Assembly (NCBI GenBank): GCA_030390025.1
Contig: CM059433.1
Location: forward strand, 2,604,001 to 2,668,000
From: Squalus acanthias
Lineage: Eukaryota
Length of the DNA stretch: 64,000 bases
Direction: 5' to 3'
Shown here: positions 51,586-64,000 of the stretch, piece by piece
Layout: every line of letters begins with the position of its first letter
Numbering within the stretch: position 1 is the first letter of the stretch
Position numbers and translations under genes: made by a program
The notes under the pieces: model-generated
What the model was told of the DNA's origin: nothing
The model's input: only the letters and a program-made list of their open reading frames with translations
Databases searched by the model: none

Positions 51586-53927
51586 TCCCTAGCCATCAAC
51601 TCCATCCCTCTCCCTGGCAACTGTCTGAGGTTTAACCAGACCGTTCGCAAACTTGGCATCGTATTTGACCCCGAGATGATCTTCCGACCACGAATCCGCA
51701 TCATCACAAAGACCGTCTAAACATAGAAAAATAGAAAATAGGTACAGGAGTAGACCATTCGGTCCTTCGAGCCTGCACCGCCATTCAATGCGTTCATGGC
51801 TGAACATGCTACCTCAGTACCCCATTCCTGCTTTCTCGCCATACCCCTTGATCCCCCTATTTCCACCTCCATAACATTGCCTGACTCCACCACTGCCTCA
51901 GCTCATCTGCTGCTGTAACCCTCATCCATGCCTTCTTTACCTCTAGACTTGACTATTCCAACGCTCTCTTGGCCCACCTCCCATCTCCCATAAGCTCATC
52001 CAAAACTCTTCTGCCCATATCTTAACTCGCACCAAGTCCCGTTCACCCATCACCCCTGTGCTCGCTGACCTCTCGCTGACCTACATTGGCTCCCGGTCCA
52101 GCAACGCCTCAATTTAAAATTCTCATCCTTGTTTTCAAATCCCTCCATGGCCTCGCCCCTTCCTATCTCTGTAATCTCCTCCAGCCCTACAACCCTCCGA
52201 GATATCTGCGCTCCTCTAATTCTGGCCTCTTGCCCATCCCCAATTTTAATCACTCCACCATTGGTGGCCATGCCTTCAGCTGCCGAGGTCCTAAGCTCTG
52301 GAATTCCCTCCCTAAACCACTCATAGAAACATAGAAGATAGGAGCAGGAGTAGGCCATTCGGCCCCTCGAGCCTGCTCCACCATTCGATGAGATCATGGC
52401 TGATCATCCAAACTCAGTACCCTGTACCTGCCTTCTCCCCATATCCCTTGATACCTTTAGCTTTAAGATATATATCTAACTTATTCTTGAATATATTTAA
52501 TGACTTGGCCTCAACTACCTTCTGTGGTAGAGAATTCCACAGGTTCACCACTCTCTGGGTGAAGAAATTCTTCCTCATTTCTGTCCTAAATGGCTTACCC
52601 CCTATCCTTAGATTATGACCCCTGGTTCTGGACTCTCCGACCATCGGGAACATTCTTCCTGCATCTAGTTTGTCCAGACCTGTCAGAATTTTATGTTTCG
52701 ATGAGATCCCCTCTCATTCTTCTATACTCCAGCGAGTATAAGCCCAATCGACCCAATCGCTCCTCATATGTCATTCCTGCCATCCCAGGTATCAGCCTTG
52801 TGAATCTTCGCTGAACTCCTTCCATGGCAAGAACATCCTTCCTCAGATAAGGCAACCAAAACTGCACACAGTACTCAAGGTGTGGTCTCACCAAGGCCCT
52901 GTACAACTGCAGCAGGACATCCCTATTCCTATACTCAAACCCTTTCGCTATGAAGGCCAACATACCATTTGCCTTCTTCACCGCCTGCTGTACCTGCATG
53001 CTTACCTTCAGCGACTGGTGCACAAGGACACCCAGGTCTCGTTGCACTTCCCCTTCTCCCAATCTATTGCCATTCAGATAATAGTCTGCCTTTCTGTTTT
53101 TGACACCAAAGTGGATAACCTTGCATTTATCCACGTTATATTGCATCTGCCACGCTTCTGCCCACTCACCCAACCTGTCCAAATCATCCTGGAGTTTCTC
53201 AGTATCCTCCTCGGAGCACACACGCCCACCCAGCTTTGTGTCATCTGCAAACTTGGAGATATTACATTTAGTTCCCTTATCTAGATCATTAATGTATATT
53301 GTGAATAGCTGGGGTCCAAGGACCGAACCCTGCGGTACTCCACTAGTCACTGCCTGCCACTCGGAAAAAGACCCATTAATTCCTACTCTCTGCTTTCTGT
53401 CCGCCAACCAGTTCTCTATCCAAGTCAATACCTTGCCCCCAATCTCATGTGCCTTAACTTTACACGCTAATCTCTTATACGGGACCTTATCGAAAGCCTT
53501 TTGAAAGTCCAAATACACCACATCTACTGGTTCTCCCTTTATCTATTTTCCCAGTTACATCCTCAAAAAATTCCAGTAGATTAGTCAAGCACGATTTACC
53601 TTTTGTAAATCCATGTTGACTTTGTCCGATCCTGTCACTGTTTTTCAAGTGCTCAGCTATTACATCCTTTATAATGGACTCTAGCATTTTCCCCACTACC
53701 GATGTCAGGCTTACCGGTCTGTATTTCCCGCTGTCTCTCTACCACCCTTTTTGAATAGTGGGGTAACATTAGCTACCCTCCAATCCATGGGTACAGTTCC
53801 AGTTCCATCGAATGTTGGAAGATGATCAGCAATGCATCTACCTCTCCATTCCACCTCTCTACCTCTCTTTCCTCCTTTAAGTCACTCTTTAAAACCAATC
53901 TGTTTGACCAAGTTTGTGGTCATCTGT
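51586..53927 (+). mobile_element. L2 LINE 3' end interrupted by two CR1 insertions (51721-51857 and 52322-53840)
   Basis: Collinear with the L2 at 26328-27090. CTA is duplicated around the short CR1 tail. Confidence 0.85.
52322..53840 (-). mobile_element. CR1 3' 1.5 kb, same subfamily as 38072-42509
   Basis: ORFs 52691-53521 and 52414-52653 are nearly identical in peptide to 41238-42412. Confidence 0.93.
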
Positions 53928-53929
53928 AA

Positions 53930-54390
53930 GTGTCAGCTGTGGCTCAGTGGGTAGCACACGTGCCTTTGAGTCAGAAGGTTGTGGGTTCAAGTCCCACTCC
54001 AGGAACTTGAGCACATAAAGATAGGCTGACACTCCGGTGCAGTGCTGAGGGAGTGCTGCACTATCGGAAGTGCCGTCTTTCGGATGAGATGTTAAACCGA
54101 GGCCGTCTGCTCTCTCAGGTGGACGTAAAAGATCCTATGGCATTATTTTGAAGAAGAGCTGGGGAGTTCTCCCTGGTGTCCTGGCCAATATTTATCCCTC
54201 AAACAACATAACAAGAACAGATTATCTGGTCATTATCACATTGCTGTTTGTGGGAGCTTGCTGTGTGCAAATTGGCTGCTGTGTTTCCCACATTACAACA
54301 GTGACTCCACTTCAAAAGTACTTCATTGGTTGTAAAGCACTTTGAGACGTCCAGTGGTCATGAAAGAAGTTATAGAAATGCAAGTCTTTC
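53930..54390 (+). mobile_element. Uninterrupted DeuSINE (SacSINE1-like)
   Basis: A box TGGCTCAGTGGG, B box GGTTCAAGTCC, Deu-like core and L2-type tail. Confidence 0.88.
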
Positions 54391-55503
54391 ATCTGACCTT
54401 AGATCTCCTTGTTGTTGTTGCCGTCACTAATTTTAGGGACAAATTGACATGAGTATAAATATGCTTTATACTTACACTGACCTTTTTGTTAAAATCAGCA
54501 GAGATGGGAATTTCACCTCCTTGGCCCCTCCTGCAATTCTCAGAGTATTTAACTGCTATAACCCTCTCGTGTAATATAAGCATATCGATAAATGCAAAGA
54601 TCATTTTACTAGTTGTTGCTATTCGGATTAAATATATATATAATACACAAAGCTTAGAAAAATACAAAGTTTCACGTAGATTTATGTATCATTTTATTGC
54701 TTGACATTTTATAACTTTTCTCTCATTATCCAAACACCCATCCAGACCAATATGCTTAATGACTCAATTCATTCTACCATGATGGACATGATTTATTATT
54801 ATTAGAAGCACATTTCCATTACAACTTGCATTTCAGAAATGTATTCAATCTGACGTTTCCCTCAGGCTATTACATCCTCCTGCAGTGCATGTAGGCGTAC
54901 TCTATCTAACTCACAGTGCCGTACCCTTGTACTACTTGAGTGACGTTGGTTGGTTCTCACTGAGTAACGATTATACTATTGAACCACATCTAATTATAGG
55001 CCGTGAACTGCAGTAACAACCACATTCACTTGATTCAATGCAGTGACACGACATGGTCCTGCCATGAAACAATATCATTGGAAACCCACAGGGGACTTTA
55101 ATGTTCACATTCAATAAGGATTTTTTTTTGCCAGCTCTGAAGATATTTATTGCTTACATTTAAATAAAGAAAACTTTACAGAGCCCTGTAAGATTTCAGT
55201 CAATGAAATAAACTGCAAAGTCCCTCTGTGTGAGATATGTCTAAATACGAAAAAACAATGCTGACACCTCCATGAATACCGAAAGGCATTTTCGCACCCA
55301 GCCACTGGCCAAGACTTGGTACGTTGGGTAAATGTCACTGGTCTATTTGCGTGGATGTCAATCCCAATCTCTTCGCAGTGATGAGTATACCCAAAATGAA
55401 AATAAATGTACCCTCTTACCCCTTTACTCTGTAAATCTGTACAAGATATTCAATAAAATGCCTCAGGCCAACATAAATCTGTTTAGGTACTACATTAAAT
55501 TTG

Positions 55504-55869
55504 TAGAATCATAGAATGGTTACAGCACAGAAGGAGGCCATTCAGCCCGTTGAGCCTGTGCCGGCTCTCTGCAAGAGCACTTCAGCTAGTCCCACTCCCC
55601 CGCCCTTTCCCCGTAGCCCTGCAATTTTTTTCCTTCAGGTACTTATCCAACTCCCTTTTGAAAGCCACGATTGAGTCTGCCTCCACCACCCTTTCAGGCA
55701 GTACATTCCAGATCCTAACCACTCGCTGCGTAAAAAAGTTTTCTTATGTCGCCTTTGGTTCTTTTGCCCATCACCTTAAATCTGTGTCCTCTGGTTCTCG
55801 ACCCTTCCACCAACGGGAACAATTTCTCTCTATCTACTCTGTCTAGACTCATCATTATTTTGAACACCT
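55504..55869 (-). mobile_element. CR1 3' fragment
   Basis: (ATAGAATC)n tail and RT C-terminal sequence. Confidence 0.85.
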
Positions 55870-56203
55870 TTATTTGTTCTTTTTTATACAATCAATCACA
55901 TTTCTCCTCAGTGTAGCGTACTCCAAGTAACCAAGGAATAAAAACATTTTAACAAACATGTGAACAAAATTACAAAAGTCAGCGTATATACCAAATAGAA
56001 ATGATTTTTTACACACAACCTCCAAGTGGCTGAGTCTTGGTGCCGTAGTGAGAACTGTTCGATAAACATACTGGTGCTGGTGGAAGAGACAATGGCCTGT
56101 AACTTGCTGTCGCGGTGAAACAAAGGCATTGGCCACTGGCCCCGAGGAAAGTAGCGTAGTGTAGCAGGACTCCCAGAGCTGGGCCTCTTTTGTCTTGCAA
56201 AGA

Positions 56204-57892
56204 AAAGGCTGAGGGGTGACCTAATAGAGGTCTTTAAAATTATGAAAGGTTTTGACAGAGTGGATACAGAGAGAATGTTTCCACTTGTGGGGAAGAGCAA
56301 AACTAGAGGCCATCAATATAAGATAGTCACCAAGACATCCAATAGGGAATTCAGAGAAACTTCTTTACCCAGAGGGTGGTGAGAATGTGGAACTCGCTAC
56401 CACAGGGAGTGGTTGAGGCAAATAGTGTGGATGCATTTATGGGGCGGTTAGTTAAGCACATGAGGGAGAAGGGAATAGAGGGTTATGCTGATAGTTAGAT
56501 GAGGAAAGACTGGAGGAGGCTCGAGTGGAGCATAAATGGCGGCAGATTATTGCTTAAGGTAAAAAATCACGGGATGGGGGTAATATTCTGGCATGGATAG
56601 AGGATTGGCTATCTAACAGAAAGCAAAGAGTTGGGATAAATGGTTCATTCTCAGACTGGCAATCAGTAACTAGTGGTGTTCCACAGGGGTCAGTGCTGGG
56701 TCCCCAACTCTTCACAATCTATATTAACGATTTGGAGGAAGGGACCAAGTGTAACATATCAAAATTTGCAGATGATACAAAGATGGGAGGGAAAGTAGTG
56801 AGTGAGGAGGACATAAAAAACCTGCAAGGGGACATAGACAGGCTAAGTAAGTGGGCAGAGATTTGGCAGATGGAATACAACACTGGAAAGTGTGAGGTGA
56901 TGCACTTTGGCAGGAAAAATCCTAGAGCAATTTATTATCTTAATGGCAAGAAACTGGAGAGTACTGAAGTGCAAAGGGATCTGGGGGTCCTGGTGCACGA
57001 AACTCAAAAGGTTAGTATGCAGGTGCAGCAAGTGATTAAGAAGGCAAATGGAATGTTGGCTTTCATTGCTAGGGGGATAGAATATAAAAATAGGGAGGTA
57101 TTGCTTCAGTTGTACAAGGTATTGGTGAGACCGCACCTGGAATACTGCATACAGTTTTGGTGTCCTTACTTAAGGAAAGACATCCTTGCTCTCGAGGCAG
57201 TGCAAAAAAGGTACACTCGGTTAATCCCGGGGATGAGGGGGTGGTCATATGAGGAGAGGTTGGGTAGATTGGGACTCTACTCATTGGAGTTCAGAAGAAT
57301 GAGAGGCGATCTTATTGAAACATATAAGATTGTGAAGGGGTTGGATCGGGTGGATGCGGGGAGGATGTTCCCGATGACGGGTGAGACTAGAACTAGGGGA
57401 CATAGTCTTAGAATAAGGGGCTGCTCTTTCAAAACTGAGATGAGGAGGAACTACTTCACTCAGAGGGTGGTAGGTCCATGGAATATGCTGCCACAAAAAG
57501 CTGTAGAAGCTACATCATTAAATAAATTTAAAACAGAAATAGACAGTTTCCTAGAAGTAAAGGGCATTAAGGGTTACGGGGAGCGGGCAGGAATTTGGAC
57601 ATGAGTCTAGGTTCGGATCCGGTCATGGCCCTGTGGGTAGTGGAGCGGGCCCAGGGACCGTGTAGCCTGATTCTGCTCCTATTTCGTGTGTGCAATTCTG
57701 TTAGATGCAGGAGATGGTTCTGTGATAGATAGTAGATTGGCGGTTAGGATCAGATCAGCCATGATCTTATTGAATGGTGGAGCAGGCTCGAGGGGCCGAT
57801 TGGCCTACTCCTGCTCCTATTTCTTATGTTCTTATGGACTGGTTGGGCCAAATGGCCTGTTTCTGTGCCGTATATCCTATGTATTCCTATGT
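56204..57892 (+). mobile_element. CR1 3' fragment (56204-56543 plus 57836-57892) with a nested CR1 at 56544-57835
   Basis: The nested copy (ORF 56693-57604) is near-identical to ~11095-12385. The outer tail resumes after the nested tail. Confidence 0.9.
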
Positions 57893-57894
57893 AA

Positions 57895-58628
57895 AAGCTG
57901 CCCACAAGATCTCCCGTTCTCTGTGGTGAGAAATTTGCCTTTTCTGATGTGCAATTGAGATCAGTGTAGTGTAGTGGGGAATCCCATAGCAGGCGCTGCT
58001 GTGACTGCAACAAGCTGCCTAAGCAGCCAATCACAATGCAGAATTCTCACAGCCAGGGAATCAGGAAGTGGACAAGTTACTTTTATTCTGACTTTTTAAA
58101 AAATGCTAGAGAGAACAAAACAAAGATTGGGGCTCTCACATGGGGAAAAGGTAAAACTGAAATAAATATGAACAAACTTTTTAAAAAATTACATTTTTTA
58201 AAGTTTCTTAAATTTTTAAATTTTTATTATAAGATTAAATTTGACACTCCACAAAATTAAAATTAGTTTTTCAGGGCCATAACATTTGTTTAGCAGTCAA
58301 TACACTGCTAAAAACCCCAGTTACACCTAATCCAACAAGGTTTAACTTTTAATGGGGTATTTAACAGCGGTATTACCGCGGAAAAGCCCAAGTTTTCGTC
58401 AGTTTCCCTGATTTCCCTGACTGCCGGCTATGGGGGGGGGGGCGGGGGGTGGTGGGAGGAGGTGGGCCCAGCGTAGCCAGTGTCTGAGCAGTGAATGACT
58501 GACCACAACTTCAGGATTTCCACGTTGGAATGCACATGTGCTACATCCCGAAGTTGCGATCAGTTTCAAAGGGGTAATAACGGCAAACTCTGTTCGTTCA
58601 CTGTTACTACCTACCGCAAATTCTGATC
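57895..58628. mobile_element. Degenerate non-autonomous DNA-transposon-like element
   Basis: Loose similarity to 19099-20130, with a terminus-like GCAAATTCTGATC. Confidence 0.4.
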
Positions 58629-59844
58629 GTTGGAATTCTATTTTATTAAGTATATGATAATTGCATTTTAATTCAAAGCTGTGATCATTCATTTAAAAAA
58701 AAATGGATTCATCTACATTTCTGCTGTATAGCCTGATAAAGAACCCAGGTGATTGGATGCCCAAACAAGCAGAATCTCATACAGCTTCCATCTACAAAGG
58801 AAATTTGCCCAAATTGCTGAACAGAAGGAAGGAATCCGAATTATTTCAGGCAGTGTTGCTGCTGTTGAGAGGGACGTGCTTTATCCACCGAACTTTAAAA
58901 TGCATCTCAACAGGGTTCCAGTTTTTACGAAAGCGTAAGCAAACTTTGCACTCCCTCCAACACCTCCTGGCACCTCAATCTTTGCAGTTTCCCTGGGGTG
59001 ACTTGCCGTGGTCAATAACAATCACTTTCTCTTCATCGACAGCAGTGATAATCAAGTGACTGTAATCTCATCCCTACGGCCTTTGCATGCCATCTTACCT
59101 GCACGAGCTGTAGAACCCGATACCGTGTATTAATAATAACCATGATTACGTTTAGAGGTTCTTGGCATCTGATAGCCTCTGGTTTTGTTTGATGTTACAT
59201 TGCTAATTAGCATAGTGTGGTCTCTGAGGACAGCAGCTTAGAGATTAAGCACTGATTCTGTGACTGTGGCTTGGCTGTTGATTAAAGTCCTGATTCCCTA
59301 ATTGGAGCTTAATGTGGCTGTAATTTTTCTATATATATGAATTTGATTGTTTGATTGAAATACCTCCAGGGATCATTGGAAAAGAAAAAATGCACTTATG
59401 CAAATAGTAATCAAACTATTTTATATTTAATTGTTTTTCTTTGTAAAATATTTAGATTCTTCTTTTGTTTTTCAAAGATTTATTAGATTTTAGATTTTTT
59501 AATTGATCATGTTCAGGGTGTGAGTGAAGGAACGTTGACTTTTATTATGATACTTGTAGTTATTTTAGAGAGGAAGGCTACGGCCATTTCGGTCAGGTTG
59601 CCCTTGTCTAACTTGCTGGGGCTCCCAATGGGGAAGACCTTGCGGATGTTCCAACTGTACAGTGGCACTGTGGATCTGGAAATGATCAGAATATGTTTTA
59701 TTTCAGCACTTTGAATGTCTTGCCTAGGGTGGAACTGTATTTTGTCGAGTAACACTGTCCTTTGTTGTTCTGCTTTTCAGATTTGGTTTTGTACTCTTTT
59801 TTTTTAATTAAGAAACCAAGGTAAAGGGTCAACCGAAGCAGGGA

Positions 59845-61228
59845 ATATGAACATACAAACAATGCCAGGCAGGAAAAGACCCTCTGGTCCATCCAGCCAG
59901 TCCCACACAAACGTGACACTTTGTGCATCACAATACAGACAGCCCCCACCCCACCCTAAAACCATGTGATCTCCTGGGAGAGGCAATAAAAAGATAAAAG
60001 TCCAGGGTAATTTGGGAGAAAATAATCTGGGAAATTCTTCTCTGACCCCCTTAGGCGATCAAAACTAATCCAGGAGACCACTCTGGCCCCGATAACGCTA
60101 TGCAGTACCTACCTTTTGTACGAGGTGATCTCCGCCCCAGTCAGAAACATCTCCAGCTCTCGCTGGAAGGAATTCAGCAAATCAGCATCCACCACACGAG
60201 CCAGCAGTCTGTTCCAGAGGTCCACTATTCTCTGGGAAAAGAACCTCCTCCTGACATCTAACCTAGACCTGGCCTGGTACAACTTCAAATTGTGACCCTT
60301 GGTCCTCCCTAACCTATTTAATTGGAACAAACTGTCTATTCGAACACAATCTATTCCCTTCATCATCTTAAAAACTTGATCAAATCACCCCTAAGGCGGT
60401 TGTATGTTTCTTTAAAGTGTAAAGTCCCAGCTCTTTTAGCCTATATTGATAACTCAGATGCTTCAAACTGGAAATTAATCTAGTGGCCCTTCTCTACACC
60501 CTTTCCAATATCACCCACCATGTGAGGAGACCAAAACTGGACACAGTTTACTAACAGAGGCTGGACCAAGATCTTGTACAAGGTCAAAATAGTATGCTTT
60601 GTCATGTAGTCGATTGTCCTATAAAATGCACCCCAACACCCTATGCACTTGGACGCCCAGACCTCTTTCTTTCTCCGACTGGTTTAATGCTTTTCCATGA
60701 AAGGTGTATCTATGTTCAACATTCACCCTGCCCACATACACAGCACTGCACTTTTCTAAGTTAAACATCATTTGCCAGTCACGAGCCAAATCCCCCAACA
60801 CATGCCTGAAGCAGTCAAGCATTGTCTACAGTACTGACATGCATATAAATTTTAGTATCATCTGCAAATTAGCAGATCATGCCCCCAAAACTTACATCCA
60901 GATCATTAATAAAAATAGTTAAGAGCAACGGTCCCAACACCAATCCCTGCGGGACACCACGGGTCTCCAAACAGATGCAAATCCATCTACAACTACTTTC
61001 TACCAAAGGCCTTCCAGCCAGTTCTCAATCCATCTCAATATATTACACTAATATGATCATTCGATCTTGTAGAGAAGTATCTAATGCGGTACCTTGTCAA
61101 AAGCTTTTTGGAAATCTAAGAAGGCAATGTCTACTGGGCTTCCCTCATCCATTATCTTGGTGATTTCTTCAAAATATACAATCAAATTTGTAAGACATGA
61201 CTTTTTTTAAAGCCATGCTGGTGTCTCA
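59845..61228 (-). mobile_element. Old CR1 3' fragment (divergent subfamily)
   Basis: WQMMFNLEKC, RRFFSQRIVDLWN and other degenerate RT motifs. Confidence 0.85.
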
Positions 61229-61254
61229 CATATGTCCCTCTCTATCTAAGTATG

Positions 61255-63043
61255 CAAGAAAGGAGGGAGAGAGAAAACAGGGAACTACAGGCCAGTTAGC
61301 CTGACATCAGTCATTGGGAAAATGTTGGAATCTATTATTAAGGAAGTGGTAACAGGGCACTTAGAAAATCATAATATGATTATGCAGAGTCAACATGGTT
61401 TTATGAAAGGGAAATCGTGTTTTACAAATTTATTCGAGTTTTTTGAGGATGCAGCTAGCAGGATAGATAAAGGGGATCCAGTGGAGGTAGTATATTTGGA
61501 TTTCCAAAAGGCATTTGATAAGGTGCCACATAAAAGGTTTTGTATGCAAGATAAGGGCTCATGATGTTGGGGGTAATATATTAGCATGGATAGAGGATTG
61601 GTTAATGGACAGAAAACACAGAGTAAGGATAAATGGGTAATTTTCAGATTGGCAGGCTGTAACTATTGGGGTACCGCAAGGATCAGTGTTGGGGCTTCAG
61701 CTATTTACAATCTATATTAATAACTTAGATGAAGGGACCGAGTGCAATGTATCCAAGTTTGCTGATGATACAAAGCTAGGTGGGACAGTAAGCTGTGAGG
61801 AGGACACAAAGAGCCTACAAAGGGATATAGACAGGTTAAGTGAGTGGGCAATAAGGTGGCAGATGGCATATAATGTGGGGAAATGTGAGGTTATTCACTT
61901 TAGTAGGAAGAATAGAAAAACAGAATATTTTTTAAATGGTGAGAAACTATTAAATGTTGGTGTTCAGAGAGATTTAGGTGTCCTCGTACAGGAAACACAA
62001 AAAGTTAACATGCAGGTACAGCAAGCAATTAGGAAGGAAAATGGCTTGATGGCCTTTATTGCAAGGGGGTTGGAGTACAAGAATAAGGACATCTTACTAC
62101 AATTGTACAGGCTTTAGTGAGACCACACCTGAAGTGCTGTGCACAGTTTTGCCTTAGAGGTGGTGCAACAAAGGTTCACTAGATTAATCATAGAATCATA
62201 GAAATTTACAGCACAGAAGGAGGCCATTTGGCCCATCTTGTCCATGCCGGCCGACAAAGAGCTATCCAACCGAATCCCACTTTCTAGCACTTGGTCCATA
62301 GCCTTGTAGGTTACGGTACTTCAAGGGCACATCCAAGTACTTTTTAAATGTGATGAGGATCTCAGTCTCTACCATCCTTTCAGGCAGTGAGTTCCAGACC
62401 CCCACCACCCTCTGGGTGAAAAATTTCTCCTCAACTCCCCTCTAAACCTCCGACCAATTACTTTAAATCTATGCCCCCTGGTTATTGACCTTTCTGCTAA
62501 GGGAAATAGGTCCTTCCTATCCACTCTATCTAGGCCCCTCATAATTTTATACACCTCAATTAGGTCTCCCCTCAGCCTCCTCTGTTCCATAGAAAACAAC
62601 CCCAGCCTATCCAATCTTTCCTCATAACTAAAATTCCCCAGTCCAGGAAACATCCTCGTAAATCTCTTGTGCACCCACTCTAGTGCAATCACATCCTTCC
62701 TGGGATGAGATGTTTGTCCTTTTGAGGAGAGATTGAGTAGATTGTGCTTTTACTCTCTGGAGTTTAGAAGAATGAGAGGTGATCTCATTGAAACATATAA
62801 GATTCTGAAGGGGATTGACAGGTTAGATGCTGAGAGATTGTTTCCCCTGGCTGGAGTGTTTAGAACTAGGGGGCATAGTCTCAGGATAAGGGGTCGGCCA
62901 TTTAAGACTGAGATGAAGAGGAATTTCTTCACTCAGAGGGTTGTGAATCTTTGGAATTCTCTGCCCCAAAGGGCTGTGGATGCTGAATCGTTGAGTATAT
63001 TCAAGGCTGAGATAAATGGATTTTTGGACTCTAGGGGAATCAA
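61255..63043 (+). mobile_element. CR1 RT fragment with a nested minus-strand CR1 at 62189-62700
   Basis: ORFs 61322-61564, 61686-62117 and 62733 onward on +. ORF 62369-62692 on - has its own tail. Confidence 0.9.
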
Positions 63044-64000
63044 GAGCCGCAATTTCCCTTACCTCGGTGGGTCCGGTGCGGGTGGCGGGTCCCGACCCCG
63101 CTGCTGGCTCCAGCCCGCTCTGTAGAATGATTTTGCCCTGATTGGGCTTATTAAGCTCGCCCAGCGCATTTGCCAGCCAATTGAAGGAAGCGGGTCTGAT
63201 GACGTAATTTGATGCGTCATCAGCCGGTTTCCTTAAAGGGACCATGTGCAAATTGATTTTGACATTTGTGCTGTCAGTGTTCTACAGCATTGAGGTGCAG
63301 CAAACACTGACAATCACTGCACAAAGGTGCACGGCTGCACCCAGGCTCTCCCATGACTCCCTCCATATGCTTATGGAGGGAGTCACAGCACGCAGGGAGG
63401 TCCTCCTCTCTTCCAATGGGCAGAAGAGACCTCCCCAGGAGACCAACGCAGCCTGGTTGCACATTGCACAGGAGGACACAAGCAGGGATGTCGTCAGGAG
63501 GACCAGGCTGCAGTGGCGCAAACCTTTCAATGATCTCAGTAGATTATGAAACGTTACTGCAAAGCCACACTCATCCTCATCCTGCTGTGCCACTCATCAC
63601 ATCCCCATCACTCTGCCTTCCCTACCCTACTCCTGCACATCCTTACTCACACCAACTTACCTTGCACCTCCACCCATCCCTCTCTATCTACATTATCACA
63701 TTCCCATCTCACTAGCCACCCCTCACACTCATCCTCATCCTAGTCCAATCATACCAACTAACAACACACAAGGGTAGGCACTTGGGTGGTTTGGCCAATG
63801 TTCATGTAAAGTTTCTGTTAATGTGGTGTTAAACATTGAAATCTTTATTTTCAACACTTTGCGTGCTTGGACAGATTTGTGTGCACCTTTGGAAGTGGCT
63901 TAGTGAGTTGCAGTGAATGGTGAGACATAACAGTACCCCCCGCAATGGTGATGAGTGTGAAAGGAATGGCTTGGACATTGTGGGGATGCTTTATGGTGTT
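63043..64000 (+). mobile_element. Left part of a Harbinger-type element with a Myb/SANT-like exon; runs off the window end
   Basis: AAPRLSHDSLHMLMEGVTARREVL..AWLHIA..RRTRLQWRKPFNDL is homologous to exon 1 at 8327-8085. The element truncates a CR1. Confidence 0.75.

Noticed and set aside
53930..54005. tRNA gene
   Set aside because: The A and B boxes continue directly into the SINE core and tail, so this is a tRNA-derived SINE head.
58703..59059. 118-aa ORF as a host exon
   Set aside because: No recognisable protein similarity and no convincing splice partner. It cannot be fully excluded without RNA-seq or a homology search.
59513..59755. Overlapping ORFs on both strands as a host exon
   Set aside because: Acceptor-like sites exist on both strands, but there is no identifiable product or linked exon.
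179..63125. RT ORFs as retron, group II intron or DGR systems, or as host genes
   Set aside because: Motifs, tails and truncation patterns are those of CR1, L2, RTE and Tx1 LINEs.

Overview
Repeat-dense eukaryotic DNA, most consistent with a cartilaginous fish (shark-like) genome. The organism is inferred from the CR1, L2, RTE, DeuSINE and Harbinger family mix and is not proven. No host protein-coding exon could be supported, so the window is probably intergenic or deep intronic. Most long ORFs are pieces of CR1 LINE ORF2 (endonuclease and reverse transcriptase). Main elements: (1) a near full-length Tx1-clade LINE (44231-50030) inserted in the A-box region of a tRNA-derived DeuSINE head, with a 15-bp target duplication whose two copies disagree; (2) a fossil DIRS tyrosine-recombinase retrotransposon (~29740-37720) broken up by nested insertions; (3) a full-length but frameshifted CR1 (38072-42509); (4) PIF/Harbinger elements with Myb/SANT genes, plus four copies of a young ~895-bp MITE; (5) two solo LTRs with target duplications; (6) an 18-copy 28-bp minisatellite. 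Family names come from motif recognition by eye, with no database search. Boundaries without a stated target-site duplication (TSD) are approximate.
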